A stretch of 64,000 bases of DNA, taken from NCBI RefSeq assembly GCF_009914755.1, contig NC_060930.1. One strand, 5' to 3'. The notes beneath the pieces were generated by a model, which was not told the origin of the DNA, made no database searches, and saw only the letters and a list, made by a program, of their open reading frames with translations. This DNA is from the human T2T-CHM13v2.0 reference genome, Homo sapiens. Below are positions 27,720 through 43,489 of the stretch, piece by piece; position 1 is the stretch's first letter, and every line of letters starts with the position of its first letter. Position numbers and translations under genes: made by a program.

Positions 27720-28450
27720 ACAGCTACCATCGGACTAGCAATGTAGAAAGCTTACTCTCCAGTAGACCTTGCTCAGTGGTAACTGGAAACCAGAAAGGGC
27801 AGGTCTCAGAACCGAGGCAGCAGTGAGCAGCTTCCTTCCCAGAAGCCCGGGAACAGAAGGCCCTTCTTTCAGCCACCGCCAGAACCACAAGGCCTGTCCA
27901 CAGCCTCTTTCCCTGTGCCCTGGATGACTCCCTTGCTCCCCCACCCTTTTTCTTTTTCTTTTTTCTTCTTTCTTTCTCTAGGGGGAAGAGTGGGGGGCAT
28001 CTGGTGCAGCCTCATCTTCCTCCTCCTCCTGCTGAGCCTGGGCAGCAACTCAGGGGAGGCAGCAGCGGGTGCAGCAGCCTGAGGGGCGGGATGATGAATT
28101 CAGAAACACAGGATCAGCGGAGAGATTAGGCTGTCAGCCTCCGAAGCACTTTCCTGCTGAAGAGGAGATAAGCAGGAAAAGGTGAATGAGAACACTAGTC
28201 ACGGCAGATGGTGCGTGAGATTTGGAGGAGAGCAGGGGAAAACGGTTGTGGGAAAGAGAGGGGGTTTGGAGAGGTGCTGGTGGAGAGAGTAAATGGTGTC
28301 AGCAGGCAGTGTCTGGACCCAGCCGCTGCCCTTGACCAACCACGTGGGTCCCCTGCAGGAGGCTGGGTTGGGCAAGAGGGAATCTACTGGCCTGGCCCCA
28401 TTCTGGATTCTGAACCTGGGCGGGTCCAGGGGCTCCAGCATCAAGCACAT
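27720..28450 (-). promoter_or_regulatory. Candidate promoter / 5' exon block C
   Basis: GC-rich unique block, about 14 CpG; GC boxes 28083 and 28418, CACGTG 28342, AGATAA 28166; minus-strand donor AGA|GTAAGC at 27756. Confidence 0.6.
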
Positions 28451-29054
28451 GAGGCTAGGATTACATTCTGGTCCCAATCCCCCTTTACCCAACCCAAGGT
28501 CACAGATTGTACCCTCAAGCCAGCCAGCCATGAGCAACTCCATGGAAATCAACACAGTGCCTGATACCTAGTGGGCACTCCACAATTATTTACAGAAGCA
28601 AACGGAACGATGCTTCCCTCAACTCACTTCTGGGAAAACAATTCAAAGCACACAGTGGCAGTTCTTGTTTTTAAACAAAGTGGAGCTGAGAGAGGTAATT
28701 AAAGCCAAATTCGTCCCTGTGACAAGTGTTTTGGACAGTTTTTCTTGCACAGAAAACATTAAAAGCCATCATAGATGGGAGTCTCAATAGGCAGGCCAGG
28801 TAAAAATAAGAGTTGTTTTAGCTGGACCAAGCTAAACACATCCCCACTTCACCACCACCCCTCACCTTCTCTCCTCCCAGTTGTCCCAGGCTCCTATCAA
28901 CTCCTCAGGGTTCAGGAGAGCACAATTCAAAAATCACTGCCTCAAAACAAACTGAGATCAAATGGCAAGTGTTAGTGCCATGAACAAGATTGACTGAAGA
29001 CAAAACCAGAGTCATACGGAACACCTCATCTTTAAAGGGGGAGGAAGGATGCCA

Positions 29055-30372
<1,318 letters not shown>

Positions 30373-31802
30373 AATGTTTTTAAAGGCAGAGGAGATGAAG
30401 GAAACTATCTGCATGTCTGAGAATTGGGCCCCAGTTCTGGGTGGTTATTTTTTATGGTTACATCTGCTAACCAGAGAGAACTGTCCAAGTCATACGTGCA
30501 ACAGCCCCCGCTTCCTCATCACATCCTATTTCAAACTCATGGCTAAGAGGGCTTAATTTGAATCTGTTGTCTCAGTCAGATTCCATTGCTGCCACTAACT
30601 GCCCTTTCATGGACAGAATTTGAATCCTCCACCTTTTCATTTTAAATTTATTCCAGCCTCTTTTCTTCCGGCCTTAGCAAACCTCATCAGGAAAGCAGAC
30701 AGATGCTATCTAACCTAAGAGTAGTCCCATGCCAGTCCCTCTTGAGTAGTCTGGATCCGCTCTCTTCTGGAAAATATCGACCCTCTCTGCTCACTCAGCT
30801 CAAGCAGAACACTAAGAATGAGTATTCCAGCTATGCTGGCATCATGTGTTATATTAACATTATGTTAATTAACTGAAAAGCCACACATTGATTTTTCTTG
30901 AGAGGTTCCAAGGATCAAATATCAATGCATGGAGTCAGCAAAGCCTAATTTACTAATGGATTTTTAGCTTACATGGAGAAAAGAGCTTCAAGGGAAAAGC
31001 AATTTTCCATTTGCCAGAAGACATGAAGGACTTACCTTGTCCAATTGATTTAGAGAATTTCCACATGCCAAGAAAGCCAAGAAAATATGTTTATAAACAA
31101 GACTTATGTTTTTCTTTAATTGTTGTAGAAAAGGTCTAATGGAAAGAATCGATCTTAAAACATGAACCCAAGTTCAATTAATATTGAGTATCTGGGAATT
31201 GTGGATCAGGATAAGCATAATTCATTAAACTTGGGCATTAAAATCTATTCTGTCAAGGCTTTGAACAATATTATATATCAAAAAGTATTATGCACTTATA
31301 AAATCCTTATGTATTTAGGAGTAAAAGGAGTATTCTTTCCAATAACCCAATAAAATAACACTGTGCTAGACACTGGGACCCGAAAATAAATGAGACATGT
31401 TCTGTACTGGAACTCAGAGTAAAATAAAAGCAACCATTGGAAGCCCCTTCAGTGAATGGCAATAGGTAGAATTTAGTGATTGGACTGTTCAAATTTATCC
31501 CTAGACATCTCCTTTTACTCATAGTCATTACCATCATCCTTTTGGCTGGTTTCCAAAAACCACAGTAGGGTGGGGGCACAAAGAGCGTAAAAATTCCAGT
31601 TACAAAACAATAGTCTCTGTCAACAAACAGGACACATCCTTGGTACCACAGCCTCATATGCCTTCTCTGGTTCAAAAAGATACTGGGAGTTTTTTGTGAA
31701 CATATGATGACCTTTCAGCTTGCTTCCTATGGCTCTAACACTGTTGTCTTGCCATACTCGTGTCACTCCAGTCCCAACTGAAGGAAAGTTTCATCCCCTC
31801 CT

Positions 31803-33245
31803 GTGTCAGAGACTACTATGATTCACCAGAACCATTTCCTCTTTCCCCACAGCACACAGTTATACTACATTTCCCAGCCTCCTTTGCAATTGCATGGCCA
31901 TGTGATTGAGTTCCAGCCAATAGACTGTGGGAGGAAGTGATGGTCACCACTTCCTGGCCTGGCCCATAAGGCCTCCATGATTCCCTGCCTTCTTTTTCTC
32001 TTCCTGGTTGTCAGTGCCTGGGGCAACTTTGGAGGCCACATATTGAAGATGCCAGAACGTCTCTCAGCCTGGGTTCCTACGTGACTGAGCAAGGTCTCCC
32101 TTACCACCTATCATCCCACCACCCTGCTCAATACCACTACTGCCACCCACCAATGGGTCTTCATATGAACAAAATATAAACTATTGTGCTAGGCCACTGA
32201 AATTGGGTAGTTTATCTGTTACAGCCAGAGGCATATAGTGAAGCATAAGTTTCAGGACCGTTCAAGTGAAGGGTCCTTTCAAAGAACATAGAAAAGGCCC
32301 TGGCAATGTGCTCTGGTAGTGGCCAGGGGCATTTTTGGAATCTGGTTAAGGGAAGTTTATTTTAGATTTTTAATGGGATCTATTCATCTAGATCAAAATC
32401 TCTTCCAGATACAGTTAAGTTATTACTCTAGCTGTACCAGCAGAGAAATGGCTTCCAGGAATTCTTCTACTGCCTTTCGTGCCAATTCACCTGACATCCA
32501 GATGTGAAGGAGCAAGACCAGAAGGTTTAACTCAACATGCACAGGTCCTATGGTACCTTGCACCAGAGGGGTAGGTAGTAGGAAAGAATAAAGTGTGAAA
32601 GGTAGCATGTCGGAAGCTTCTTTGTGGAAATATCTTGTAATCATAAGACATGTAAACATGTAAGCAGGGAATTTGGCTGTCATCAAACCTAGTAAAAACA
32701 AAGATTGTCTCTCTGTTTCTTACAAGAATCACTCAAAATATAATTTTTCAGAATTTTTGTGTTTGTTGAGCACCTGCTGTAGGAATGCTACAAAGAGCAC
32801 ATTGTTTGCATTGCATTTTCATTCATTTATTCATTCTAACAATCAATAATTAAGAATTGATTTTGATTAACCATCTTAAAAGAAAGGCCAAATTATGTTT
32901 TCATTCTCTCTAAAGAAACTGATATTTTAAAATCATTGTCATATGAAGAGATGATCAAAAGGCATGCCAACAAAGAAAGGGAGAAAAAAGGTATTGGAGA
33001 GGTACATCATATCATTAATAAAATATATGATTTCTGAGCTTTGTGATATTTGTCAGATTTTTAATGTAATTTATTGTGATTTATTGTAATATTCTAAAGA
33101 AATATTCGCTTTCATATCAAATTTTATATTTGTAATTGTGCATTCTTTTCTCAAAGAAAGTCTGCAACATTTTATTAATATAATCTTTAGGCCCCACTTA
33201 ACCTAAGTCCACCCCAACACAGCAGCTAGCATCACCCTGCTAACA
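31803..33245 (+). mobile_element. MLT1J-like LTR split by a hAT element (31803-32225 + 33217-33245)
   Basis: CTACATTTCCCAGCCTCCTTTGCA...GGCCATGTGA; 3' end ACAGCAGCTAGCATCACCCTGCTAACA resumes after the insert. Confidence 0.8.
32226..33215 (+). mobile_element. Arthur1/MER69B-like hAT-Tip100 DNA transposon
   Basis: 5' CAGAGGC...GAAGCATAAGTTTCAGG...GGCCCTGGCAATGTG; 3' AGGCCCCAC...AACCTAAGTCCACCCC. Confidence 0.75.
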
Positions 33246-33724
33246 TTCTGCATTGCCCAGAGTTACTAGGTCTTACAGGGGAACTGCTTTCACTCCTAGC
33301 ACCCTAGGGCATCTCCAGGGATGCCTCTTTTCCTCCTCACACCAGTTCCCGTCTCTCAAGGAATATGGTGAAGGTTCTTCGAGACTGAGTTGCAAGGCAA
33401 TATGAAGACACTTTTCATCTGTACTCACAATGATTGCTCTCTTCCTTTCAACCAGCATTCCTGGACTCAGAATGAGCATCTTTTTTCTAGCTCCCCATTA
33501 CACATGGCACCAACTGTTACTCTCGGGAACCAATTGTCCGATTCAATCAAACCACTCATTGTGCCTCCCCTGAGCTTATCAGGCAAACCCAGACTGGCCA
33601 ATCTGCCAGTTAAACCTCCAGACATGCCCAAGCACATCTGAGGCCTGTACAGCAGTTACCTAGTTTGGCCTTGGCTTCAAGTCTTTCTAGCCAAAAAGTT
33701 CTTCTAGGTAATGAAATTTCACTT

Positions 33725-33890
33725 GATCCTACGGGAATGTGAGCAGGATTCCTCCCCATGTTATAGGTAAGGGAATTGGACCTTGGAGAGTATAAGTGAC
33801 TTTCCCAGGGTCACAGAACCCAAGTCACAAATTAAGCGCTGAAACCCAAACTTTCTGCCTCTAGAGTGTGTGTTCTTGCCACTAAGCTCC
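33725..33890 (-). mobile_element. MIR
   Basis: GAGAGTATAAGTGACTTTCCCAGGGTCACAG. Confidence 0.7.
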
Positions 33891-34279
33891 TCTGTGTCCC
33901 CTGGGTCTGTTGAGATATACAGCACTGACTACAGAAAGGCCTGGCAAGGTGAAGATGCTAAAACATTAGCCCAGCTGTAGAGGGTTTTCAGGAGATTCGG
34001 AGCTGTATTTTTCTTTAATAGGAAAAAAGGAGTTGACATCTTCCACCAGTAATGAGCATGAAGTGGGCTATTTCTTCCCTGACCCATATCATCTTCAATT
34101 GAGAGGAAATCAAGTAGACGGCCCTATAATGCTTTTCTGCTTAACTAATCATTGGTAGTATACAACCAGTACAACAAAGTATGCCTTCTTTTTTGTGTAC
34201 CATGATATCCATGGTACACAATACCAGTACGTAATCAAAGCTACTATTCATCTACATTACAGATTAAAGAGTGATTTCT

Positions 34280-34592
34280 GGCCCAGCATGGTGTCTCACA
34301 CCTATAATCCCAGCACTTTGAGAGGCCAAGGTGGGCAAATCACTTGAGGTCAGGAGTTTGAGACCAGCCTGGCCAACTTGGTGAAACGCCATCTCTACTA
34401 AAAATACAAAAATTAGTCGGGCGTGGTGGTGGGTGCCTCTAATCCCATCTTCTTGGGAGGCTGAGGCACAAGAATCTCTTGAACCCAGGAAGCGGAGGTT
34501 GCATGAGCCAAGATAGTGCCACTACAATCCAGCCTGGGCGATAGAGTGAGACCAAGTCTCAAAAATAAATAAATAAAAATAAATAAATAAAT
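34280..34592 (+). mobile_element. AluS
   Basis: Full dimer, (TAAA)n tail. Confidence 0.97.
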
Positions 34593-34676
34593 ATTGATTC
34601 CTAATGCTACTGCATAAAGTGTAACTGAAAGGAGGATGGGATAAAAGGAGAGGATCTGGTTTTAAACAAAACAGAC

Positions 34677-35051
34677 TGCTATGGTCTGAATGTGTTCCCC
34701 AAAATTCATGTGTTGGAAACCGAATCCCCAGTGTTGGTGCTGGAAGACCCGGCCTTTTGGGAGGTGTTTGGGTCCAAAGGACTCCACCCTCATGAATGGA
34801 TTAATGTCATTCTGAAAGCAGCTTGCAGGAGAGAGTTCACTCTCAGTGCTCTTCTGCCATGTGAGGACACAGCATTCGTGCTCCCCCTTTTGCCCTTTCA
34901 CCTCCACCACCATGAAGCAAGAGGGTTCTTACCAGACACTCAACTTGCTGGTGACTTTCCAGCCTCCAGAGCTGTAAGGAATAAATGTCCGTTCTTCATA
35001 AGTTATCCAATCTCAGGTATTATGTCATAGCAGCACAAAATGGACTAAGAG
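34677..35051 (+). mobile_element. MaLR solo LTR (MSTD-like)
   Basis: TGCTATGGTCTGAATGTG...CCCTCATGAATGGATTAATG...ATAGCAGCACAAAATGGACTAAGA. Confidence 0.88.
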
Positions 35052-35986
35052 AGAGACTGAGCAGCTTTGATCTATTAGTGGCATAATTCACAGCGGAGGA
35101 GATGACTCTCCGCTGGAACATTTCTCGACAGATCTTTGGTTGAGAGAGGTGAGCCCCAGCCCCACTCCACTTCTCCCAGGGGCCACCTAAAAGCAAAGAT
35201 GCAACTGGAAAAGAGTTGTGTGTCTGCATATGAAAATAACAGGATGTTAAGGATTGTTCATTGACAGCTTGAGAGGCTGGGCTGAGGTGTATGAGGGAAC
35301 TGGAAAGGAGGAAGGAAGAGAAATAGAAGAAAGTTCTAGAGGAGAAGAAAGGGGTTATAAGTAGAAGCTGAAGTAGGAGATTACGGCTCAGTAAGAAATG
35401 TCCCGAATTAAGAAAAGGCATGGAATCTTTAAGACACAGAAATCTACAATTCATTAAAGATTTTTCTTGTAGCACACTGCATTGTTATCAGCCTCAAACC
35501 CCTCCTCTCCCCTAAGGCTGCCAATAAAGTTCTGTTCTCCACAACAGCCTTTGTTAGGACACTGGGGAGAAGGAACCAGCATTGAGCCCTGCATGAAAAG
35601 GGCCATCCAAGAAGAGAGCAGTCTCAGGAGGCAAGACAGCTGCTTCCCGATGGTTTCCAGGATTGAGGCTCCTCTGATAGTCCAAGGAATATCAGGAATA
35701 CTTCCAGAAACATATGTGATAGAGATTCAAACCATCTCATTTGGATACTAAATGATGACCAAAGAATTTTGCAGGAAATGGGGATGTCTGGGCTGCACAC
35801 ACCTAATATCATCAAATGGCTCACTAATAAGACTGATGTCAGTCTTTGAGTCTTAGCCTGAATCAACATACATCATGCAGGAACAGAAGCGCGGAGATCT
35901 AAAAGACTAAGAGAACCAGCTAGTGGCAAGACTAAGGTTAACTCAAGCAATCTGCCTCTCTGTTCACAGCCCTTCCGAGAACCATC

Positions 35987-36411
35987 TGTTACTGCTGAAT
36001 TGTGTCTCCCCAAAAGTCATGTGTTGAAGTCCTAACCCCCAAAAGTACCTCAGAATTTAACTATATTTAAAGATACGTTCTTTAAACAGGTAATTAAATT
36101 AAAATGAGGTCATTAGGGTAGGCCCTAATCCAATATGACTGATGCTTTTTATAAAAACAGGACACAAACATACACACAGGGAAGACCATATGAAGACACA
36201 GAATAAGACGGCTACCTACAAGCAAGGAGAGAGGCCTGGAACAGACCCTTCCCTCTTGGCCCTCAGAAGAAACCAACCCTATTGTCACCTTGGCCTCAGA
36301 CTTCTGGCCTCCAGAACCATGAGACAATAAATTTCTGTTGCATAAGTACCCCCTATCTGTGCCCCTGCCAATCTGTGGCACTTTGTTATGGTGGTCTCAG
36401 GAAGCTATTAT
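35987..36411 (+). mobile_element. MLT1B solo LTR
   Basis: TTAAAATGAGGTCATTAGGGTAGGCCCTAATCCAATATGACTG...CCTCCAGAACCATGAGACAATAAATTTCTG. Confidence 0.9.
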
Positions 36412-36974
36412 GCCCCCGCCCCCGTCTCCTATGTGGTGGGTGAGGTGGCACAAGTGCTGTCCTCACATGTCAAAGTGACAAAACTAAAATTTCAAACTAT
36501 GAACAAAAATCCTGGGTTTATTTGCATTTTCCATCTTGAGTAATTTGATCCACCAGCAAACTAGATTTACTGCATATGTACAAAGCATTTTTGCATATAA
36601 ACTTGCAATTTCAACAAATAAAACCCTATTGCAGGCTAAACATGAAAATGAAAACAATCTACGCTCTCTTTTGCACTTGTCTCCAGGAAAGCAAAATATT
36701 TCCATTATTTAGGAATAAAAAGTATTTATTTTGTATTTCATTTAATAGTTAATTCTATATTTCTAAAGATTTTTACATTGTGTCTAATTCTGTGAAACCT
36801 AATTCATCGCCTATTTAGAGTAGAATAGTGCCAGTGTGTTCTCTGCTACATTGTCAAGATATTTCTTAGTTTGGGGTCCATATTATTTATGTCTGCACTT
36901 TAAAATTAACCTAGGAATCCATCATGATTTTTAGGCTTTATCAATATCAAGAAAACAGTGTAAGAAGGTCAGGG

Positions 36975-37278
<304 letters not shown>

Positions 37279-37754
37279 GAAGGAGAGGGTCCCCACAGAA
37301 CAGTACACTTGTACAACCCTTATTGAATTGTAGCCAAAAGGAAACATGGCAAATGACTCAGAAAATGTATAAATTGTCACCTTTATGTGAGAAACTTTTG
37401 TCCCACTTGTCAGAGTGTATTCAAATATTTTCCCAAACCTAAACTACATGCATCTCAAACAAATCACTCTTCTCGTCTTCTCTAAGTGTGCCTGCAGAAT
37501 TAATGCACGTGGCGGACACTGTTTTTAGAGTGTTCTATTTGACCTACTGAGTACTAAAAGAACAAAAATGATTTCACCTCTCTAGACACATTCTCCTCCT
37601 CCACATGAGCTTTGGGAGACTTTGGATTGAGTATAGGGCTAAAATTGCAATCCAAAGAAATGCAGAACTAAACAGTGTTGGGTCAATTGGATACAGAAGC
37701 AGCAAAACATAATATTGTATCTTTATCTCACAAATAAAATTATTTCCTAGACCA

Positions 37755-39420
37755 ATACCTCTCAAACGTTGGTGTGCACAGGAAGATGTTGTAAATAGCA
37801 GACCTGAGGCCTGAGGTAAGAGCTGAGAGTGCATTTCTAAAATTCTAAGGTGATGGTGCTGCTCGTTCATGGAACACACTTTGAGTTCTAGATTTATAGA
37901 TTTATACAACTATAAAATGTAGTGATATAATTATGAGACAAATGTAGCAGCATATTTTTGTAATTTGGGGGTCAGGATTTCTTTTTGTAGTAATTTTTAA
38001 AAAGACAAGCAAGGTTATATATATAAATATTTTAAACCTCTATATGATGAAAACTTCTGTATGATAAAGTTGAAGGACAGTTAAGAAACTGATCAAGTAT
38101 TTACAACCTACGTAACAAAAATTCCTATTCAGAATATATAAAGAAATCCTGCAAATCATAAAAAACAGAAATCACAGAAGAATTTCAATTTGCTAATAAA
38201 TATATGAAATCGCTGCAACCTTATTAGTAACCAAAGAAATGCAAATTGAAACCATACAAAATATTTTCTACTCAGCCAGGTGTCAAAAATTGAAAACAAT
38301 GCTATGTCAGCATTTTATGATCTGTTAAGTTTAAGGCAATACAGCTCCAAAACTGGGAATACCATATGTTATCATAGATTCCATTTCAAAGATGAGGAAT
38401 CTGATGCTTAGGGACATGAAATGATTTGCTCAAAATTACTTACTGCAATAGCTAGTCCAGAACAGTGGCCTCCTATCTGTCAGTTTAGCTTTGGAAATAA
38501 GATATATCAGAGTAAAAATTTTTGGTGGCATATTATAATCCATAAAACAGCAAGACCTATCATTCTCCCCCGTTTATCCTTGCTAGTAATGGTGTTTGTG
38601 CATTACTTTACATAACAGATTACAGAAATAGAGAATTCAATTTTTTTATCACATATATAGACCTGTATATGCTGTGATGTATATATAAATATGACTTTTA
38701 TATGTTATATATGTGATGTATAAATGTATATATCACAGCATATATGTCTATATATAAATAACTGTAATCAATGATACTGTGAAAAAGCTATATCAACCAT
38801 TACATGAAAGTATGTATCCAAAGTATGTAGAAACATTTTCACTTTTAAAAATACATTTTTAAAGAATTTCCTAATAGTTCATCATATGATAGGATATGCC
38901 ATAATTTATTCCACAAATCCCCAACATTGGACACTTGATTGGCTCGTCTCTTTCTTCCTCATGCTATTCCAAACACCATCTTGATAAACAAATAAATCTG
39001 TGTTCACTTGGCTATTATATCTTTAGGATACTCACTGAAAAGCAGAATGCAAACCAAAAGTTGAAAATAATAAATATTTTGATGTATATCAGCAAGCTCC
39101 TTTTCAGAAAAGTTATGGCAACTAAGGCACCCACCATCAGTGTATAAATGTTATCATATTTAAACAAATAATGTGATTGCTGAAAAATTCACTGATTAAA
39201 ATTTTAGTATGTTAACTATTAGTGAAGTTCCACATTTTTGCAGGTTTATTAACCCATTTGTATTTTCTCTATGTGAACTCCCCCTCCCCACTTCCTCTGC
39301 CAGATTGCTGTTGGAGGTCTCAGTGTCTTTTCTGGCCATTTGAATACACTTTTTAGCTATTTAAAAGATTTGTTTTTGTTCATCATATTTGTGGTAAATA
39401 TTTTTTCCACATTTTGCCAA
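37755..39420. mobile_element. MER5-like, L1ME (+), MIR (-) and L1ME (-) fragments
   Basis: CACACTTTGAG terminus ~37880; TTAGTAACCAAAGAAATGCAAATT; GATGAGGAATCTGA; antisense L1ME ~38500-39420. Confidence 0.6.
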
Positions 39421-40019
39421 CTTTTTTCTTTTTCATTGAGGAGCTTCTCTGCAAGACCAATAGCTCTATGCCCTTGTCATCTGTAGCAAATTCTTCTCCA
39501 GCCCTATTGCCACCATTATGGGTCCACGTTCTCAGTATCTAAATATTAAATCTCCACAAGAACCTTATAAAGATCTCCTTGGCTAATTCTGTCCTCCCAG
39601 ACCCGTCCTACTTGACAGCGCTAGATTACTTATCCTAAAACCCTTTTGAATCATTTTACATGTAAAAGAGATGACTTGCTTGGGGGTAGTATGAATGAGT
39701 TCATGCCGATGCACCTGCGTTTGCTTATACAGAGGATCAATATATTTTCTACCTTTGTACGGATTAGGCGAGAGTAACAACTTAATTTACTCCGGACACC
39801 TCTATTAAGGACTCACTCAATCCCAGGGTTACTTTAAGCAGATTTTCCAAAACCTCTATCTCTATTTTCAGATCCACCTATTGGTTGGGCCGAAGGAGCC
39901 ATCCATTCTTATTAACTCAAAACCTTTTGTTTCCTCATCACTTTCTTCACAAACAGCATCAAAAACTTGTCATGCTCTGATCTAACCTTTTCTCAAACCA
40001 GTGTTTTTGTTTTTGTTTT

Positions 40020-40195
40020 TTCAAAATAGCTAGAAGAAAATAATTTACATATTTTCAAAATAAAGAAAAGACAAATATTTAAGATGAAGGCTATTCCAAT
40101 TACACTGACATGATCTTTACAAATTATAAGAATGTATAAATTTATCATGTAACCCCAAAATATATACATCTATTATGTATCAATAAACATTTTAA
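40020..40195 (+). mobile_element. L1MA 3' terminal fragment
   Basis: TTCAAAATAGCTAGAAGA...CCCCAAAATATATACATCTATTATGTATCAATAAA. Confidence 0.85.
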
Positions 40196-41736
40196 AATCA
40201 AATTAGTGTTTTTAGTCCCACATCTAAATAGCTAGTCAGAGGCACTCATGTGCTTGTATTTCTTCACCATCTCTCTTCACTATTCTTGAGAATAGACTAT
40301 AGTTATCTGTTCTGCCAAACATCAGAGACACACTGTCTCCTTTGGAGGGTCATCTCTAGGTCATTCTCATGAAAGGAGGGAGTTCAGTTGAAGTGAATGT
40401 GACAGCCAGGGAGCTGGTCTCAAAATAAAATGAGTCCCTGGGGTCAACTCACCAGGGTGCCTGTAAGTGTCTACAGAAGCAAAAAAAAAAAAAAACAAAA
40501 AAACAAAAAAAGTTTCTTCAAGGACAGAGATAGAGTTGGCAGCGAGGGTCCTTCAGATGAATGCCCCCTACTCTGCAGCCTGTGACCTCTGCCTCTCCAC
40601 AGACAGTGTCTGAAGGGGTCATCACCCATGCTTTCACAACGGAAGACACAGACTTTTCCAGTTCCCAGAAGAATGTGTGGCTGGGGCGTGAGTGTCCTCC
40701 AAGTTCATTACCCTGTCTCTTCTGTCTCCAGCCCCTCACAATTCGGGTACAGGGGGAGGGTCTAACTAATAAATTTGAGTCATACAACCTTCTGAAAATG
40801 CTAATGAGAAAGAGTAGGGCCCCAGGAAGCATCAAAATGCTGACATGATTAGGGATGTGTTTGAACCTGTGCAAAGCAATGTGGCATATTTATCAGGCAG
40901 TCTTCCAAGCATGCTGGGTCTCCTTGAAGATGCAACAAACACATGTGCTTCTGGAGATCAGACTCTTGTGTTTAATGGCAAGATTATTTTAAGTTTCTTT
41001 TGCTTCCCTAGCTCCTGCTACAAGTTGACCAAGGAGGTACACATGTGCTTTTTCTTCGGAATTGGTTTCTTTAGGAAGGAATGCTAACAAGGCAAGAAAG
41101 TCAGTGATTAACTCTGCTTTCTTTTAGTTCTTCTTTGCTTTAAATGCTTCATTCACACTTTGCTCATTTCCTGCCTTCACTCCTTTCTTGCTCAAGCCAT
41201 TTTCCATCGTCTCACAGAATCACAGAACTTAGAATTGGGCAGCACCTGGGAAGCCAACCCAACTGCCTCACTGCACAGAAAAGAAAACTGAAGCCCAGTG
41301 AAGTGAAATGCATTGCCCCAAATCCCACTTCTAGAGAGCAGCAGCCTGCCCCACAACCAGAATGCCCTTGTCACCATCCAGCACCATCCAGGGGAGCATC
41401 CAGCACAGCTTTCCTGACTGCTCTTTGCTCTGCATCTCCCTCAGCACCTTAAAGTCTGTGTGACCCAGACGTCAGTGATGAATGGGAACACAGTGACAGG
41501 ATGGCTTCCTGCTCTGTTTCACAAATCAGAGCAAAAACAAACTCGCACCTTGGACAGGCCCCAGAAATCCTCTCAGTCTGCACTCTCCCATTCCCAGCTT
41601 CTCAGGCTTCTAAGCAATCCTCAGGCAGAGTAGTATGTTTTGTACAGAACTCAATGATAAGTTATGTGTTTTTCTTAAAGAAACCAGATTATCCCCTCTT
41701 CATCCTCCCTTTCAAGCCAACAGAATATATATGTGC

Positions 41737-41772
41737 ATATATATATACATACATACATACATATATATATAC

Positions 41773-41831
<59 letters not shown>

Positions 41832-41832
41832 C
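41737..41832. repeat. Compound (TA)/(TACA)/(CA)n microsatellite
   Basis: Direct inspection; abuts the Alu tail. Confidence 0.95.
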
Positions 41833-42480
<648 letters not shown>

Positions 42481-43489
42481 ACTAAAAATGTCAGACCTTA
42501 TTATTCATCCATCTAATTGGTTTACTGCATAGACTAAAATCCACGGGGAACAAGAAGGAGGTGGCTTTTAATTTCTTTCGAAACCACAGCTTTCAAAAAC
42601 ACTCTTTGAAATACCTCCTCTCCTCGCCCTGAGAACCTCTCAGCTGCAAATCCTTTTAGCCATCTGTCCCACTCAGAACAGTCCCATTTTAATAGTTAGG
42701 ACTCACTTTCTGGCTTTAGAATGTTCATGTTCCTCCAACTCCCATTCTGAGCCTACCCTCTCCACCAGCCCAGCCTGACCCTTGGCTCCTGGACCTGCAC
42801 TTTCTTCTCTCACCCTGCTCTTCTAGAGGTTCCCCTTTGGCTTTTACCTCATTACTCCTCAAATTCTCTTCTTCCATGAATTCTAGGATTTTGCTTAAAT
42901 GGGCTACATCTACAGTTGGTGGAGTGAGGGTTACAAGATAAGCCTGGTGATTCTTAGTCCCTAAAATGGGATCTTGGCAGCCCCGTGGCTGCTGTCCTAT
43001 GAAGCAGAGGTGCTTGGATCTACTGTCCTCACCTTTAGGGTGTTGAGCAAAAACCTAAGGCAACAGGAAACGTCCCACTTCATACCCTGTCACACGTGTT
43101 TCTTCTGGGCACCAGATGAAAAGGAATGCTTCTCTGTGAGGGCTAATGCAGTTCTTTCTGGGTAGCTCTAGGGGACAGAGACCACAAACCTCCGTTTCCT
43201 ATGAAAGATGGCAAAGGGAAGCAGGAAGAGTTGGAGAGTTTCAGCCTTTGACTGAGCCCCATCACTGTCTGACTTTTGCTGCCTCAGGTGTTTCTTCCAA
43301 CCTAATACTAACCCATTACACAGCAGAAATCTCTGAACACATTGTTAATCTGTTAGGATAGTCTGGGATGTGTAATAAGAAATGGCTTCATGCTTTAATG
43401 ATCCCAGTGTTTGATGCAATTCATATGTGTATGAAGTACTGCCACCATCATGGGTACCATCTGAGCATCTCCCAAAATAAGAGCATCTT

